The notes below the pieces were generated by a model that ran no database searches, was not told the origin of the DNA, and saw nothing but the letters and a program-made list of their open reading frames with translations. A stretch of DNA of 64,000 bases from the NCBI GenBank assembly GCA_963830445.1, contig CAWHMC010000013.1, positions 17,242 to 81,241 on the forward strand, written 5' to 3'. How positions within the stretch are numbered: the stretch's first letter is position 1; each line of letters starts with the position of its first letter. Below, piece by piece: positions 33,419-42,811 of this stretch. The DNA is from an uncultured archaeon (GTDB taxonomy: Archaea; Micrarchaeota; Micrarchaeia; Micrarchaeales; CABMGC01). Both the position numbers and the translations under genes were made by a program.

Positions 33419-35199
33419 ATGCTATTCAAGGACGTTGCCGAGTATTACAACAAATTGGAAGTGGTCTCATCGCGGCTGTCGATGATAGACATACTCGCGG
33501 AGATGATGGGCAAGGCGGCAAGGAAGAGATGCAGGCTCTCGTCTACATAACCCAGGGCATACTGGCCCCCCCTTTTGAGGGAGTAGAGATCGGGATGGCG
33601 GAGAAGCTCGCCGAGCAGGCGATCGCCATGGCGACGGGATTCGAGCAGACGGAGGTCCACGCCAGTTTTAGGAAGAGCGGCGATCTTGGCATCACTGCGG
33701 AAGAGATGATAGGGAAGACCAAGCTGCGACGCATGGGCTCGCAGAAGTTGGAGATAAACGGGCTTCTTTCATCGATGCACGAGATTGCGGGCACGTCCGG
33801 GTACGGGAGCGTAGAGATAAAATTAAAGAGGCTGGCAGGGATGTTGGCGCAATCCACTCCATTGGAAGCGCGTTATGTGACCCGATTCGCCCTGGGAAAG
33901 CTGCGGCTCGGTGCCGGCGATGCGACCATACTTGAAGCCCTCTCGAAGTCATTCACCGGGGACAGAGAGTCAAAGGCGGAGCTTGAGAACGCATACAACC
34001 TCTGCAGCGATCTGGGGAGGGTGGCCGCAGTACTCGCGGCGAAGGGCATGCACGGAATCACGCAGTTTGAGATTACGCCGTTCAGTCCCATACGGCCAGA
34101 ACTGGCAGAGCGCGCGAAGACATTCGAGGAGATAATGGAGCGCATGAACGGAAGATGCTTTGTGGACGCCAAGTACGACGGTTTGAGGGCGCAGGTCCAC
34201 CTAAACAGGTCGAAGAAACGGGTGGAGATATTTTCGAGGAATCTGGAGCGGCTTACGGCCATGTTCCCGGACATCGCGGAAGCGGTATTGAAGGATGTGA
34301 AGGCGGATGAAGCAATATTGGAGGGAGAGATGATCTCCTTTGACGAAGAGTCGGGCGAATTTCATTCGTTCCAGGAAACGATACAGCGCAAGCGAAAGCA
34401 CGACATAAAGGAGACGAGCGAGAAGTTCCCCGTGCACCTTTTCACGTTCGATTTGATGTACCTGAACGGCGAGAGTTACATGGGAAAAAGTTATGAGGAA
34501 CGCCGAAAGAAGTTAGAATCGATAGTTAAAGAGAGTGAGCAGAGCAAAGTGAAGCTCACCGAGGAGATCGTAGCGACATCCGCGAAGAATGTGGAGCTCT
34601 TCTTCAACAAGTGCATCGAGAGCGGGCTCGAGGGCGTCATCGCGAAGGAGCCGAATTCAGTCTACACTGCAGGCGCAAGGAAGTATAGCTGGATAAAGAT
34701 GAAGCGCAGCTACAAGAGCGAACTCTCCGACACGGTGGATCTGGTAATCATCGGATACTTCCTGGGCAAGGGTGCGAGGACCGCCTTCGGCTTCGGAGGC
34801 CTGCTCGCCGCCACCTACAACGACAGGAAAGATATCTTTGAGAGCGTCACAAGAATAGGCACGGGGTTCACCGAGGAGCAGATGGGGTTCTTCAAGAAGG
34901 AGCTGGACAAGGTAAAGCGCAGCAAGAAACCCGCCCGGGTCGTCTCCACCATGGAGCCCGACGTTTGGGTTGAGCCCATCCATGTGGTCGAGGTTCGCGC
35001 GGATGAGATCACCCGTTCGCCGATGCACATGTGCGGAAAAGGGGATTACGACAACGCCGAGGAGCCCGGCTACGCACTGCGTTTCCCGAGAATAGTGAAC
35101 AAGGGATTCCGGGACAAGAAGGCAGAGGATGCAACTACCACGAAGGAGATAGTGGGGATGTTCGGTCTGCAGAAAAAGAAAAAGTTAGATGAAAAGTGA
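33419..35199 (+). CDS. lig: ATP-dependent DNA ligase (frame interrupted near 33510-33531)
   Basis: The canonical N-terminus MLFKDVAEYYNKLEVVSSRLSMIDILAEMMGKAARK is in the frame of ATG 33419 and stops at 33548. The rest (ALVYITQGILAPPFEG..., adenylation motif VDAKYDGLRAQVH, EGVIAK, YSWIKMK) is in the frame of the track ORF 33373-35199. Confidence 0.9.
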
Positions 35200-35206
35200 T
35201 CGCCTC

Positions 35207-35211
35207 TTTTT
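35207..35211 (+). terminator. Oligo-T terminator candidate after ligase
   Basis: CTTTTTG lies 8 nt after the TGA at 35197-35199. Confidence 0.3.
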
Positions 35212-35302
35212 GTCGTCTGGAGTTCCCTCGGCAGAAAAAGTCGGACTTTTGGCGAAATTTTCCATTTCGAGGAATTCCACTATCATGCGCCTTAGCATAA
35301 AC

Positions 35303-35314
35303 TATATAAATATA
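35303..35314 (+). promoter_or_regulatory. TATA box of the ftsZ tandem
   Basis: TATATAAATATA ends 29 nt upstream of ATG 35343. Confidence 0.4.
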
Positions 35315-35342
35315 TCGATAAATTATAATCACTGGCGATCAG

Positions 35343-36407
35343 ATGGTAGATTTTACCGCAGACCTTTTGGGAAAAAGCATGGATAGTAGCAGCAGCAGTG
35401 CCAACGTCAACTTCGCACCACAAATAAAAATTGTGACGATCGGAGTTGGAGGAGGCGGAAACAACACGGTTAACCGGTTGGTAAAGTTCGGTGTGAAGGG
35501 CACAGACCTAGTTGCACTCAACACGGACGTTCAGCACTTCAAGATGCTGGATGACCGCATCAAGAAGATACTCATCGGAAAGAGTATAACCCGCGGACTC
35601 GGCGCAGGCGGCGACCCGAACATCGGCGCGAAGGCGGCAGAAGTGGACAGACAGGCGATCGAAGAGGTCCTGTATGGTGCACAGCTGGTCTTCCTATGCG
35701 CAGGAATGGGTGGCGGCTCTGGAACTGGAGCAATCCCGGTGGTTGCACAGATAGCCAAGGAGCAGGGCGCGATAGTAGTAGCAATGGTAACCTACCCGTT
35801 CGACCTCGAAAGAGTTAGGAAGGTAAAGGCAGAGGAGGGCATCCAGAAGCTCCGCCAGCACGCGGACAGCGTCATCATCCTGGACAACAACAAGCTGGTG
35901 AAGCTGGTGCCGAACCTGCCGATGAACGAGGCGTTCGCAGTCGCAGACGACATCCTGGCCAAGGCCATCGGTGGACTGGTCTGGACAATCACCCAGCCAA
36001 GCCTGATAAATATCGACTTCGCAGACGTCCGCTCGATCATGGGCAACGGCGATGTGGGATTCATCAGCGTGGGCATGGGCAAGGGCAATGACAAGGTGCA
36101 GTCCGCAGCCGATGCAGTCATCAAGAACAAGCTGCTTGACGTAGACTTTGAGAACGCGAAGGGCGCACTGATACACATCTCCGGCGCATCCGACCTAACG
36201 TTGGGCGATGCGATAAAGGCAGGAGAGGTAATCACCGAGCGCATGGACCCGAAGGCGAACATCAAGTGGGGCGCACGCATCGTACCGGGCTATGAGGGCC
36301 AGCTTGAGATAGTGGCTATAGTCACCGGAGTAAGCGGCGCAAGCATAGTCGGAAAGTTCGCTGAGAAGAAGGCTTCAACGCAGTTTGGCGGCCTAGAGAT
36401 GATCTGA
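35343..36407 (+). CDS. ftsZ: Cell division GTPase FtsZ (paralogue A)
   Basis: GVGGGGNNTVNRL, NTDVQH, GLGAGGDPNIGAKAA and the tubulin signature GMGGGSGTGAIPVVAQIAKE. Confidence 0.9.
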   Translation: MVDFTADLLGKSMDSSSSSANVNFAPQIKIVTIGVGGGGNNTVNRLVKFGVKGTDLVALNTDVQHFKMLDDRIKKILIGKSITRGLGAGGDPNIGAKAAEVDRQAIEEVLYGAQLVFLCAGMGGGSGTGAIPVVAQIAKEQGAIVVAMVTYPFDLERVRKVKAEEGIQKLRQHADSVIILDNNKLVKLVPNLPMNEAFAVADDILAKAIGGLVWTITQPSLINIDFADVRSIMGNGDVGFISVGMGKGNDKVQSAADAVIKNKLLDVDFENAKGALIHISGASDLTLGDAIKAGEVITERMDPKANIKWGARIVPGYEGQLEIVAIVTGVSGASIVGKFAEKKASTQFGGLEMI

Positions 36408-37423
36408 TGACCGACGAATTCAACTACGACTCGTTCACCCCCCGGGTGGCGGTCGTAGGATGCGGAGGACAGGGAAGCAACCTGGTGAACAGGATCTTCA
36501 CCAGCGGGATCAAGAGCGCTGACACGATCGCCATCAACACGGACGTCGGCCACCTCAACATGATCAAGGCCCACAAGAAGGTCCTGATCGGAAAGGAGAT
36601 AACCAATGGACTGGGAGCTGGCGGCTACCCCGAAGTGGGGCAGAAGTGCGCAGAGTGCAGCAAGGCCGAGATCCAGGCAGTACTTGAAGGCTACGACCTG
36701 GTCTTCATAGCTGCAGGAATGGGTGGCGGCTCTGGAACCGGCAGCGCGCCGGTTGTCGCTCAGATCGCTCGTGAGATGGGTGCGACTACGATCGCAACCG
36801 TCACGTACCCGTTCGCGCTTGAAAGGAGCCGGAAGCTCAAGGCGGAATGGGGCATCGAGCAGCTGAACAAGCAGGCTGACTGCGTAATAGTCATAGAGAA
36901 CGACAAGCTGCTGGGCTACGTCCCGAACCTGCCCATAGAGCGGGCATTCGAGCTCGTTGACAACATCACTGGCAATGCGGTGAAGGGCATCGCGGACACC
37001 ATAACGCTCCCGAGCCTGATCAACCTGGACTTCGCCGACCTGAGGAACGTCGTGAGGAACACCGGAACGGCCGTCATAAGCATCGGCACGGGCCATGGTT
37101 CCGACCGCGTCGAGCAGGCGATAAAGTCGACTCGACTGCACCCGCTCCTGACTGTAGACTACGAAGGCGCAAAGGGCGCGCTGGTCCACGTCACCGGAGG
37201 CACGAACCTCACCATAAGCGAGGCGACGAGGATAGGCGCAGGCGTTACTGATACGCTCGCATCGGACGCGAACGTCATCTTCGGAGCCAGGATGGAGCCG
37301 GAGCTGCAGGACAAGGTCAGCGTCATGTCAGTGGTCACAGGGGTCAAGGCGAGGTTCTCGTCAGCGCGCAAGGAGCGCAACGAAGCCGCCATGGCCATGG
37401 AATCCACGGACAGGCTCTTCTGA
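36407..37423 (+). CDS. ftsZ: Cell division GTPase FtsZ (paralogue B)
   Basis: GCGGQGSNLVNRI, NTDVGH, GLGAGGYPEVGQKCA and GMGGGSGTGSAPVVAQIARE. The ATG shares one nucleotide with the upstream TGA (TGATG). Confidence 0.9.
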   Translation: MTDEFNYDSFTPRVAVVGCGGQGSNLVNRIFTSGIKSADTIAINTDVGHLNMIKAHKKVLIGKEITNGLGAGGYPEVGQKCAECSKAEIQAVLEGYDLVFIAAGMGGGSGTGSAPVVAQIAREMGATTIATVTYPFALERSRKLKAEWGIEQLNKQADCVIVIENDKLLGYVPNLPIERAFELVDNITGNAVKGIADTITLPSLINLDFADLRNVVRNTGTAVISIGTGHGSDRVEQAIKSTRLHPLLTVDYEGAKGALVHVTGGTNLTISEATRIGAGVTDTLASDANVIFGARMEPELQDKVSVMSVVTGVKARFSSARKERNEAAMAMESTDRLF

Positions 37424-37444
37424 GCGCAGTTTATTTTATGTTCG

Positions 37445-37462
37445 AGGGGGACTTTTCCCCCT
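37445..37462. terminator. GC hairpin between convergent ftsZ and GNAT genes
   Basis: AGGGGGA-CTTT-TCCCCCT is a 7-bp stem with a 4-nt loop, followed by T-rich TTACTATTTTATTT. Confidence 0.45.
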
Positions 37463-37495
37463 TACTATTTTATTTGACCCCCAGAGGCAACAATG

Positions 37496-37963
37496 TCAGA
37501 GCTTCTTCTCAAGAACTAGACTATAGTCAGTAAGCCCCTCCCGTCTGTAGAAGCCGATACCTCTCAGATTCTCCGCAGAGGCAACCGCACGAATTCGGGC
37601 CACTCTTCTTGATTTGCACCACTTGATAAACTCTCCAAAGAGTTGTTTGCCGATTCCTAGACTTCTATACTCTTCAAGAACGAACATGTTCTCTGCTTCG
37701 GCCAGCCTGGAGACGTTTCTATAATCTTCAGTAGGTATAATCGTTCCCGCCAGATAGCCGACGGTCTTATTTCCAACAGAAGCTACCAAAACGCAGCCAT
37801 CTTTTATCCGTCCCTTGAAGTAGTCCTCCCCCAATTTTTGCATAGGATAGTCGCTGTTTATCGTAGCGTCGAACTCCCTGCTCTCTTTTATGCAGAGTTG
37901 GTGATTTAGAGCCAGGATAGCCACTAGGTCTTTGGGCGTAGCAGATTTAACTTTGACTTTCAT
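37496..37963 (-). CDS. GNAT family N-acetyltransferase
   Basis: The acetyl-CoA binding region VLEEYRSLGIGKQLFGEFIKWCK and the C-terminal ENLRGIGFYRREGL. Confidence 0.8.
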   Translation of the reverse strand: MKVKVKSATPKDLVAILALNHQLCIKESREFDATINSDYPMQKLGEDYFKGRIKDGCVLVASVGNKTVGYLAGTIIPTEDYRNVSRLAEAENMFVLEEYRSLGIGKQLFGEFIKWCKSRRVARIRAVASAENLRGIGFYRREGLTDYSLVLEKKL

Positions 37964-38054
37964 GTTATGAGATTAGGCTATAGAAATTATAAATACGACC
38001 CATGAGTAGGCTTATTTTATATATCTGGAATGCCCATAAAACAGATGTGGGCTT

Positions 38055-38570
38055 ATGCTTAATTCAACCCGAAAGGGAACCGTAGAGAGGAACGTCTTGG
38101 CTCTTGCGGCCCGTTATCAGAGACGATTTCCGCAGGTACTCGAAGGTTCCGTAGTTCCTGGCGCGGTAACGCTTGGTGCTAGAGAGCCTCTCCTACAGGA
38201 TTACGCAAGACTGATGATTCCTGAACAACGACTTCGAGAGATACTTCTTAACTCGAAGGACAGTATTGAGGAAGTTTCCCATAAGTTGGTTGGGTATTTA
38301 TTGGAAAAGAATAATCTTTCTGCAGAAAAGACAACTGCGGAACTTCAGGAGCTGTTTACTTATTTGGGTGGGGACAAAAAGAGGGAGCTTATCCACAAAG
38401 AGGATCTCGCGCAGTTGGCGAGCTTGAAGCGGATGGAACTCCAAGACGCCGCCGAATTTATAAAAGAAACAGACCATTTGATAGGCACTTGCTCGTGTAT
38501 TTTGATTGGTCCGATATATACGGCGATTGGTATTATGCAAAGGAATGCGCTTTTAACTAAACGTGCTTGA
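38055..38570 (+). CDS. Hypothetical protein
   Basis: 171-aa ORF in a lower-GC patch. No motif recognised. The C-terminal hydrophobic CSCILIGPIYTAIGIM may be a TM. Confidence 0.4.
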   Translation: MLNSTRKGTVERNVLALAARYQRRFPQVLEGSVVPGAVTLGAREPLLQDYARLMIPEQRLREILLNSKDSIEEVSHKLVGYLLEKNNLSAEKTTAELQELFTYLGGDKKRELIHKEDLAQLASLKRMELQDAAEFIKETDHLIGTCSCILIGPIYTAIGIMQRNALLTKRA

Positions 38571-38582
38571 GTGGAACGGAAG

Positions 38583-39449
38583 CTATTTTCTTAGGAATTC
38601 GAGGACCGAGTCCACTATCTCTTTCTCGAAGCCGTCGAAATCGTGCTCTGCACCGTCAAGTACTTTTCCAACAACGTTGGGGGAGTTGACTGCTTCCTTC
38701 TTTATCATGGTTAGGGCCGCCTCCTTATCGATAGGTATCCCGACATCTTCGGTTCCAGTAATTGCCAGAATAGGGACATCTATCGCCTTTAGGGTATCGA
38801 AACCTAGTTCTGGATTGTAGTAATTGAAGATTGCCATGTTCTTGTTCTCCTTTGAGAAGTTTATGTAGGACTTGGCCGACTGCATTGCGAACCCCCGCGG
38901 CATTCCAGACACTAGCTGGTTCTCTTTGCCCTGGCTAACTAGGTCATGTGCTTCTTTGAGGTGTTGCTGGTAATCAGGAAGGTCTTTCGGATTAACAAGT
39001 AGGCCAATCATGTCCGAAGGAGAGATAAAAATCAGGCTTTTGATTGAGTTGTCTTTTGAACTCTTCTTGTAGTAAGCTATCTTTGCGCATCCCAGGCTAT
39101 GACCTTGCAGATGAATCTTCTGGTAGCCACGGGACTTGAGAAAGCTTATCCATGCCTGGATATCGAGAGGAGAGTCTTCGAATAATTCATGGGCATTGCC
39201 TATTAGTCTGAATCCTTCGTCCTTCTTCTTAAACCATCGCAGCATCTCCGAGCCCCTGTTCTCTGCGGTTAAAAATGCCACATTGTTCTTCGGGTATCGG
39301 TTCAGCATCTCTTTGACAAACGCGTTCTCCCAGAAATTGCCTGCCATCCCGTGAATATGAAGTATAACTTCCTCAGTGCTATTGCTCGGCTCAGAGATAA
39401 GTCCTTGGAGGATAAGCCCGTCGCTTGTTGAGGTTTCAACGAATTCCAT
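38583..39449 (-). CDS. Alpha/beta hydrolase
   Basis: HIHGMAGNF (oxyanion region), nucleophile elbow HLQGHSLGC, and late D and H residues (GTEDVGIP, GAEHDF). Confidence 0.7.
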   Translation of the reverse strand: MEFVETSTSDGLILQGLISEPSNSTEEVILHIHGMAGNFWENAFVKEMLNRYPKNNVAFLTAENRGSEMLRWFKKKDEGFRLIGNAHELFEDSPLDIQAWISFLKSRGYQKIHLQGHSLGCAKIAYYKKSSKDNSIKSLIFISPSDMIGLLVNPKDLPDYQQHLKEAHDLVSQGKENQLVSGMPRGFAMQSAKSYINFSKENKNMAIFNYYNPELGFDTLKAIDVPILAITGTEDVGIPIDKEAALTMIKKEAVNSPNVVGKVLDGAEHDFDGFEKEIVDSVLEFLRK

Positions 39450-39514
39450 AGTCTCATATACACTTGAGCCTGTTTGCCTTTTATTTCTTCTTCTGCAAGA
39501 GTATTGTTGGGAAT

Positions 39515-40075
39515 ATGGTAGTCATAAGCGAAAGCAAGCAGTTGAAGCTTGTCAGCTTTGAGCAGATAATCAAGCGTTGCCCGTTCTGCCTGAAGGACAC
39601 ACAGCAGACGGCCTACTACGCAGAGCTGCCGGACCTAAGCGTGACCGTGAAGACCGATACCCAGCCGCCTGAATTCATAAAAGTAACTCCAAAGATAGAG
39701 CACCAGTACTCCTGGGACGTGATGGCGAAGTGCTCGGAATGCGGGCTCATCTACAGGATAAGCGGGATCCCTCGCATGCGAATACCTGAGATCCCTCAGG
39801 GAGCGCATCTGGAGCAGGCAACGGTGGGGCTCACCTGCTGTGATGTATGCTACAGGCTGGACAAGAGGTATGTAGTGGGAGAGACATTCATCAGGCTCAG
39901 CGACTCCGGAAATGTCTATCTGTGCAAAGAGCACGCCGACGAAGCCGAGGCGGGCCACAAGAAGAACAAGGACTACTCTGCGCTCATAGATAAACTGGCT
40001 GGGCGGGAAGCAAAGAAGAGCTCGATCGACAGGATCAAAGAGAGGTTCGGCTTTTTCGGAAAGGGCGGAACCTAA
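39515..40075 (+). CDS. Cys-rich zinc-ribbon protein
   Basis: CPFC...CSEC and CCDVC...CKEH Cys pairs. Start trimmed to ATG 39515 (MVVISESK). Confidence 0.45.
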   Translation: MVVISESKQLKLVSFEQIIKRCPFCLKDTQQTAYYAELPDLSVTVKTDTQPPEFIKVTPKIEHQYSWDVMAKCSECGLIYRISGIPRMRIPEIPQGAHLEQATVGLTCCDVCYRLDKRYVVGETFIRLSDSGNVYLCKEHADEAEAGHKKNKDYSALIDKLAGREAKKSSIDRIKERFGFFGKGGT

Positions 40076-40083
40076 GCTAATTC

Positions 40084-40764
40084 CTAATCTTCGCGGTTTA
40101 AGATTACTTCTGCGCTGCCTGTGGCGGCCTTGATGTGACGCTCGCTGCGGCTATGTTCTTCGGCATCGCGACCTTCTTCACGTCGCGGTCTGGGAACTTT
40201 GGTTCCCGGCTGGACGATGCGTACGGTTATGCCTATTGCTCCGTACTTAGGATAAGCGGCGATCTTCGCCTCGTCGACGAGCTTCGTCGAGTTTCCTGAC
40301 TTGGGCAGGTAGCCCAGTCTGACCTTCATCTTCTTTGCGCGGGCACCCTTCGCTGCAAGCTTGCCCTTCGCGATTATCTCTGCTCCAAGTGCCCCGTTCT
40401 GCATGATCTCCTTTATCGCCGAGTGTATGAGCCTTCTCGGGTTGATCCCCCTTTCCAGTGAGTTGACTATCGACTTTGCGACGAGTCTCGGCTCGAGCTT
40501 CGCATTCGCAACGTCGGCGACGCTGATCTGCGGGTTGTCGAGCTTGAACTTCTTCTTCATCGTGTCCGTGAGTGCATCGATCGTCTCTCCGCCTCGTCCG
40601 ATGACACGGCCCGGATTCATGACGTAGGGAGTTATCCTCGTTATCACAGGCGTCTTCTGTATGTCCACGCGGGAGTAGCCGGCCTTGGCGAGCGCACGCT
40701 CCATATACTTGGAGATGCGCCTCTTGATTATCAAATCAGCTATGAATTTTCGTTCTACGACCAT
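40084..40764 (-). CDS. rps3: 30S ribosomal protein uS3
   Basis: KH domain VIGRGGETIDALTDTMKKKF and GAEIIAKGKLAAKGARAKKMKVRLGYLPKSG. Confidence 0.9.
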   Translation of the reverse strand: MVVERKFIADLIIKRRISKYMERALAKAGYSRVDIQKTPVITRITPYVMNPGRVIGRGGETIDALTDTMKKKFKLDNPQISVADVANAKLEPRLVAKSIVNSLERGINPRRLIHSAIKEIMQNGALGAEIIAKGKLAAKGARAKKMKVRLGYLPKSGNSTKLVDEAKIAAYPKYGAIGITVRIVQPGTKVPRPRREEGRDAEEHSRSERHIKAATGSAEVILNRED

Positions 40765-40791
40765 CGACTCACTTTGTTGTGCTGGCTGCTG

Positions 40792-41433
40792 CTATCGCCT
40801 TCTTCGACTCAGGGTTCTTCTCTTCTTCTTCTTCGGAGCCTCCTTCTTTGTCTCCGGCTTCTTCGCTCCCCTCTTGGAGCGTTCAATCGCGTGTGCAAAA
40901 GGCGCCTTCTGCTTTATGAAGTAGGCCATGTTCTTGGTCATCTCCTTCTCGCTCGGATCGGCGAGCGCGATCTCTACCTTCGCATACTCGAGGTCGCTGT
41001 GCATCATTGCCGACTGCCCGTACATGCCGCGCCCCCAGGAGATGCCGCCCTTCGATGGCTGCCTTCTCTCGATGTGGGTCTTGTTCGCGCAGGCGTGAAC
41101 TATGACCATCTCCTCTCCGTCGAGCGCGTTCTGGTGCGCATTGGCGATGGCGTTTATGAGTACAACCTTTACTTCCTTCGCCGCCTTTACGGGGTAGGCG
41201 CCCTTCCTTCCGTGAAGCTCGTGCCTCGCGCCCATGTGCTTGTTGTGGCGCTTGTACAGAATAGGGGTCTCCATGTCAGCGATCTTGTCCAGCAGGACAA
41301 GGGCCGGTCGCGCTTTCATGTAGCGTATTGCGGTGCAGACTGCGCCCAGGTCCTTGTAGCTGGCGTTGATCTCGTAGCGCTGGGCGAAGGCCATCGACTC
41401 CCTGTTCATCTTAAGATTGAAAGAGTATTCCAT
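40792..41433 (-). CDS. rpl22: 50S ribosomal protein uL22 with Lys-rich C-terminal extension
   Basis: ASYKDLGAVCTAIRYMKARPALVLL...AYPVKAAKEVKVVLINAIANA. About 50 extra C-terminal residues end KKPETKKEAPKKKKRRTLSRRRR. Confidence 0.85.
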   Translation of the reverse strand: MEYSFNLKMNRESMAFAQRYEINASYKDLGAVCTAIRYMKARPALVLLDKIADMETPILYKRHNKHMGARHELHGRKGAYPVKAAKEVKVVLINAIANAHQNALDGEEMVIVHACANKTHIERRQPSKGGISWGRGMYGQSAMMHSDLEYAKVEIALADPSEKEMTKNMAYFIKQKAPFAHAIERSKRGAKKPETKKEAPKKKKRRTLSRRRR

Positions 41434-41825
41434 TACTTCACCGCTAGGAACTTGCTGCCGCGTGTGGCGCGAACGCCTGGCGCGGAGTGCATGACGCGCT
41501 TCGTCGTGAAGGCGTATTCGCCGAGCCTGTGGCCGAGCATCTCATCTATGATTGTCAACTCCTTGAACTCCTTCCCGGTGTAAACCGCGATCTTGGAGCC
41601 GAGCCAGCTGGGCAGTATGAGCGCCTCGCGCACATGCGTTCGGACGGGCTTTGACCTGCCGGACTTCTGCGCCTCCGCCACCTTAACTATGAGCGCCTTG
41701 TATTCGGTGCTCATGCGCTTGTAGGCGCGGCGCTGGCGTGCCGTGACGAGAGGGAGGTACTGCTCCACCGTCATGTTCTTCAGCTCGTCGCCGCTCTTGC
41801 CTTTAAATGTATATACTCGTGGCAT
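41433..41825 (-). CDS. rps19: 30S ribosomal protein uS19
   Basis: IAVYTGKEFKELTIIDEMLGHRLGEYAFTTKRVMHSAPG. Confidence 0.9.
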   Translation of the reverse strand: MPRVYTFKGKSGDELKNMTVEQYLPLVTARQRRAYKRMSTEYKALIVKVAEAQKSGRSKPVRTHVREALILPSWLGSKIAVYTGKEFKELTIIDEMLGHRLGEYAFTTKRVMHSAPGVRATRGSKFLAVK

Positions 41826-41829
41826 AATT

Positions 41830-42546
41830 TCATCTCTTCCTTCGTCCTACGCGGCTAGCCGCAATGTGGCCGACCTTCATTCCAGGCGGTGCATGTCGTG
41901 AGATCATGCTGCTTGCACCCTTGTGGTGCTGCTTCCCTCCGAAGGGGTGGTCTACAGGGTTCATCTTCACGCCCCTGTTAACAGGCCATGTCCTATTTAC
42001 TGCGTGCTTCATGTAGTGGGCCTTGCCCGCCTTCATTATGGGCTTGGTCCTGGCGCCGCCGCCTGCGACTGCGCCGATCTCGGCGCGGCAGTCTGGATTC
42101 AGTTCGATCGTGAGCTTTGATGGGAGTGAGACAGTGACCGAGGTGGCGGAGTGAGCCGCTACTGTCGCGTAGCCGCCAGCTGCGCGGGTCATCTTCCCGC
42201 CGTCGTTAGGCTTTGATTCTACATTGTAAATCGGAGTTCCCTCTGGGATGTCGCGCAGCTGCAGCACGCTTCCCAGGGTCAGGTCAGCGCCCTTCCCTTC
42301 CGTTATGCGGTCGCCGATCTTTATGCCCTCCGGGGCGATGAGCGTGTTCTCCGTGAAGTCGTCGTAGCGTATGCGCATGAGCGGGGCCGTGTGGCCCGGA
42401 TCGTCGATGAACTCGATGACCTCGCCCGTGACCTTGCTCTGGGCGTTGCGGCTCGCGAACATGACGTCTACCTTGAAGTGGTTTGCGGGCTTTGTGTATA
42501 CGTTGCTGCCCTTTCCGCGCCTCTGTTGCTTAAGTCGTTTTCCCAT
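41830..42546 (-). CDS. rpl2: 50S ribosomal protein uL2
   Basis: GKRLKQQRRGKGS and VDHPFGGKQHHKGASSMISRHAPPGMKVGHIAA. Confidence 0.95.
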   Translation of the reverse strand: MGKRLKQQRRGKGSNVYTKPANHFKVDVMFASRNAQSKVTGEVIEFIDDPGHTAPLMRIRYDDFTENTLIAPEGIKIGDRITEGKGADLTLGSVLQLRDIPEGTPIYNVESKPNDGGKMTRAAGGYATVAAHSATSVTVSLPSKLTIELNPDCRAEIGAVAGGGARTKPIMKAGKAHYMKHAVNRTWPVNRGVKMNPVDHPFGGKQHHKGASSMISRHAPPGMKVGHIAASRVGRRKR

Positions 42547-42555
42547 TTTCTAACC

Positions 42556-42807
42556 TCATACCAGTTTGAGCTTCTTCGCGATGTCTGACGCGAGATACTC
42601 CTTCTTCAGCCTTATGTAGGCGCGCTTTGCGTTCTTCGGCACTATGACCGTGTTCACGCTCTCCACCTTCACGTTGAAGGTGCTCTCGAACTCCTTCTTT
42701 ATCTCGGTCTTGTTCGCCTTCATGTGCACTACATAAAGTATCGTGTTCTCGCGCTCTGCGAGATTGAGCGCCTTTTCAGTTGCTATTGGATATTGAAGCA
42801 GTGCCAT
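42556..42807 (-). CDS. rpl23: 50S ribosomal protein uL23
   Basis: YPIATEKALNLAERENTILYVVHMKANKTEIKKEFESTFNVKVESVNT. Confidence 0.9.
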   Translation of the reverse strand: MALLQYPIATEKALNLAERENTILYVVHMKANKTEIKKEFESTFNVKVESVNTVIVPKNAKRAYIRLKKEYLASDIAKKLKLV

Positions 42808-42811
42808 GTGA

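Noticed and set aside
36290-37189. 299-aa minus-strand ORF
   Set aside because: It is antisense to the second ftsZ gene.
40774-41583. 269-aa plus-strand ORF, plus similar ones at 42780-43424 and 43498-44085
   Set aside because: They are antisense to the rpl22, rps19, rpl4 and rpl3 genes, which have unmistakable ribosomal protein sequences.
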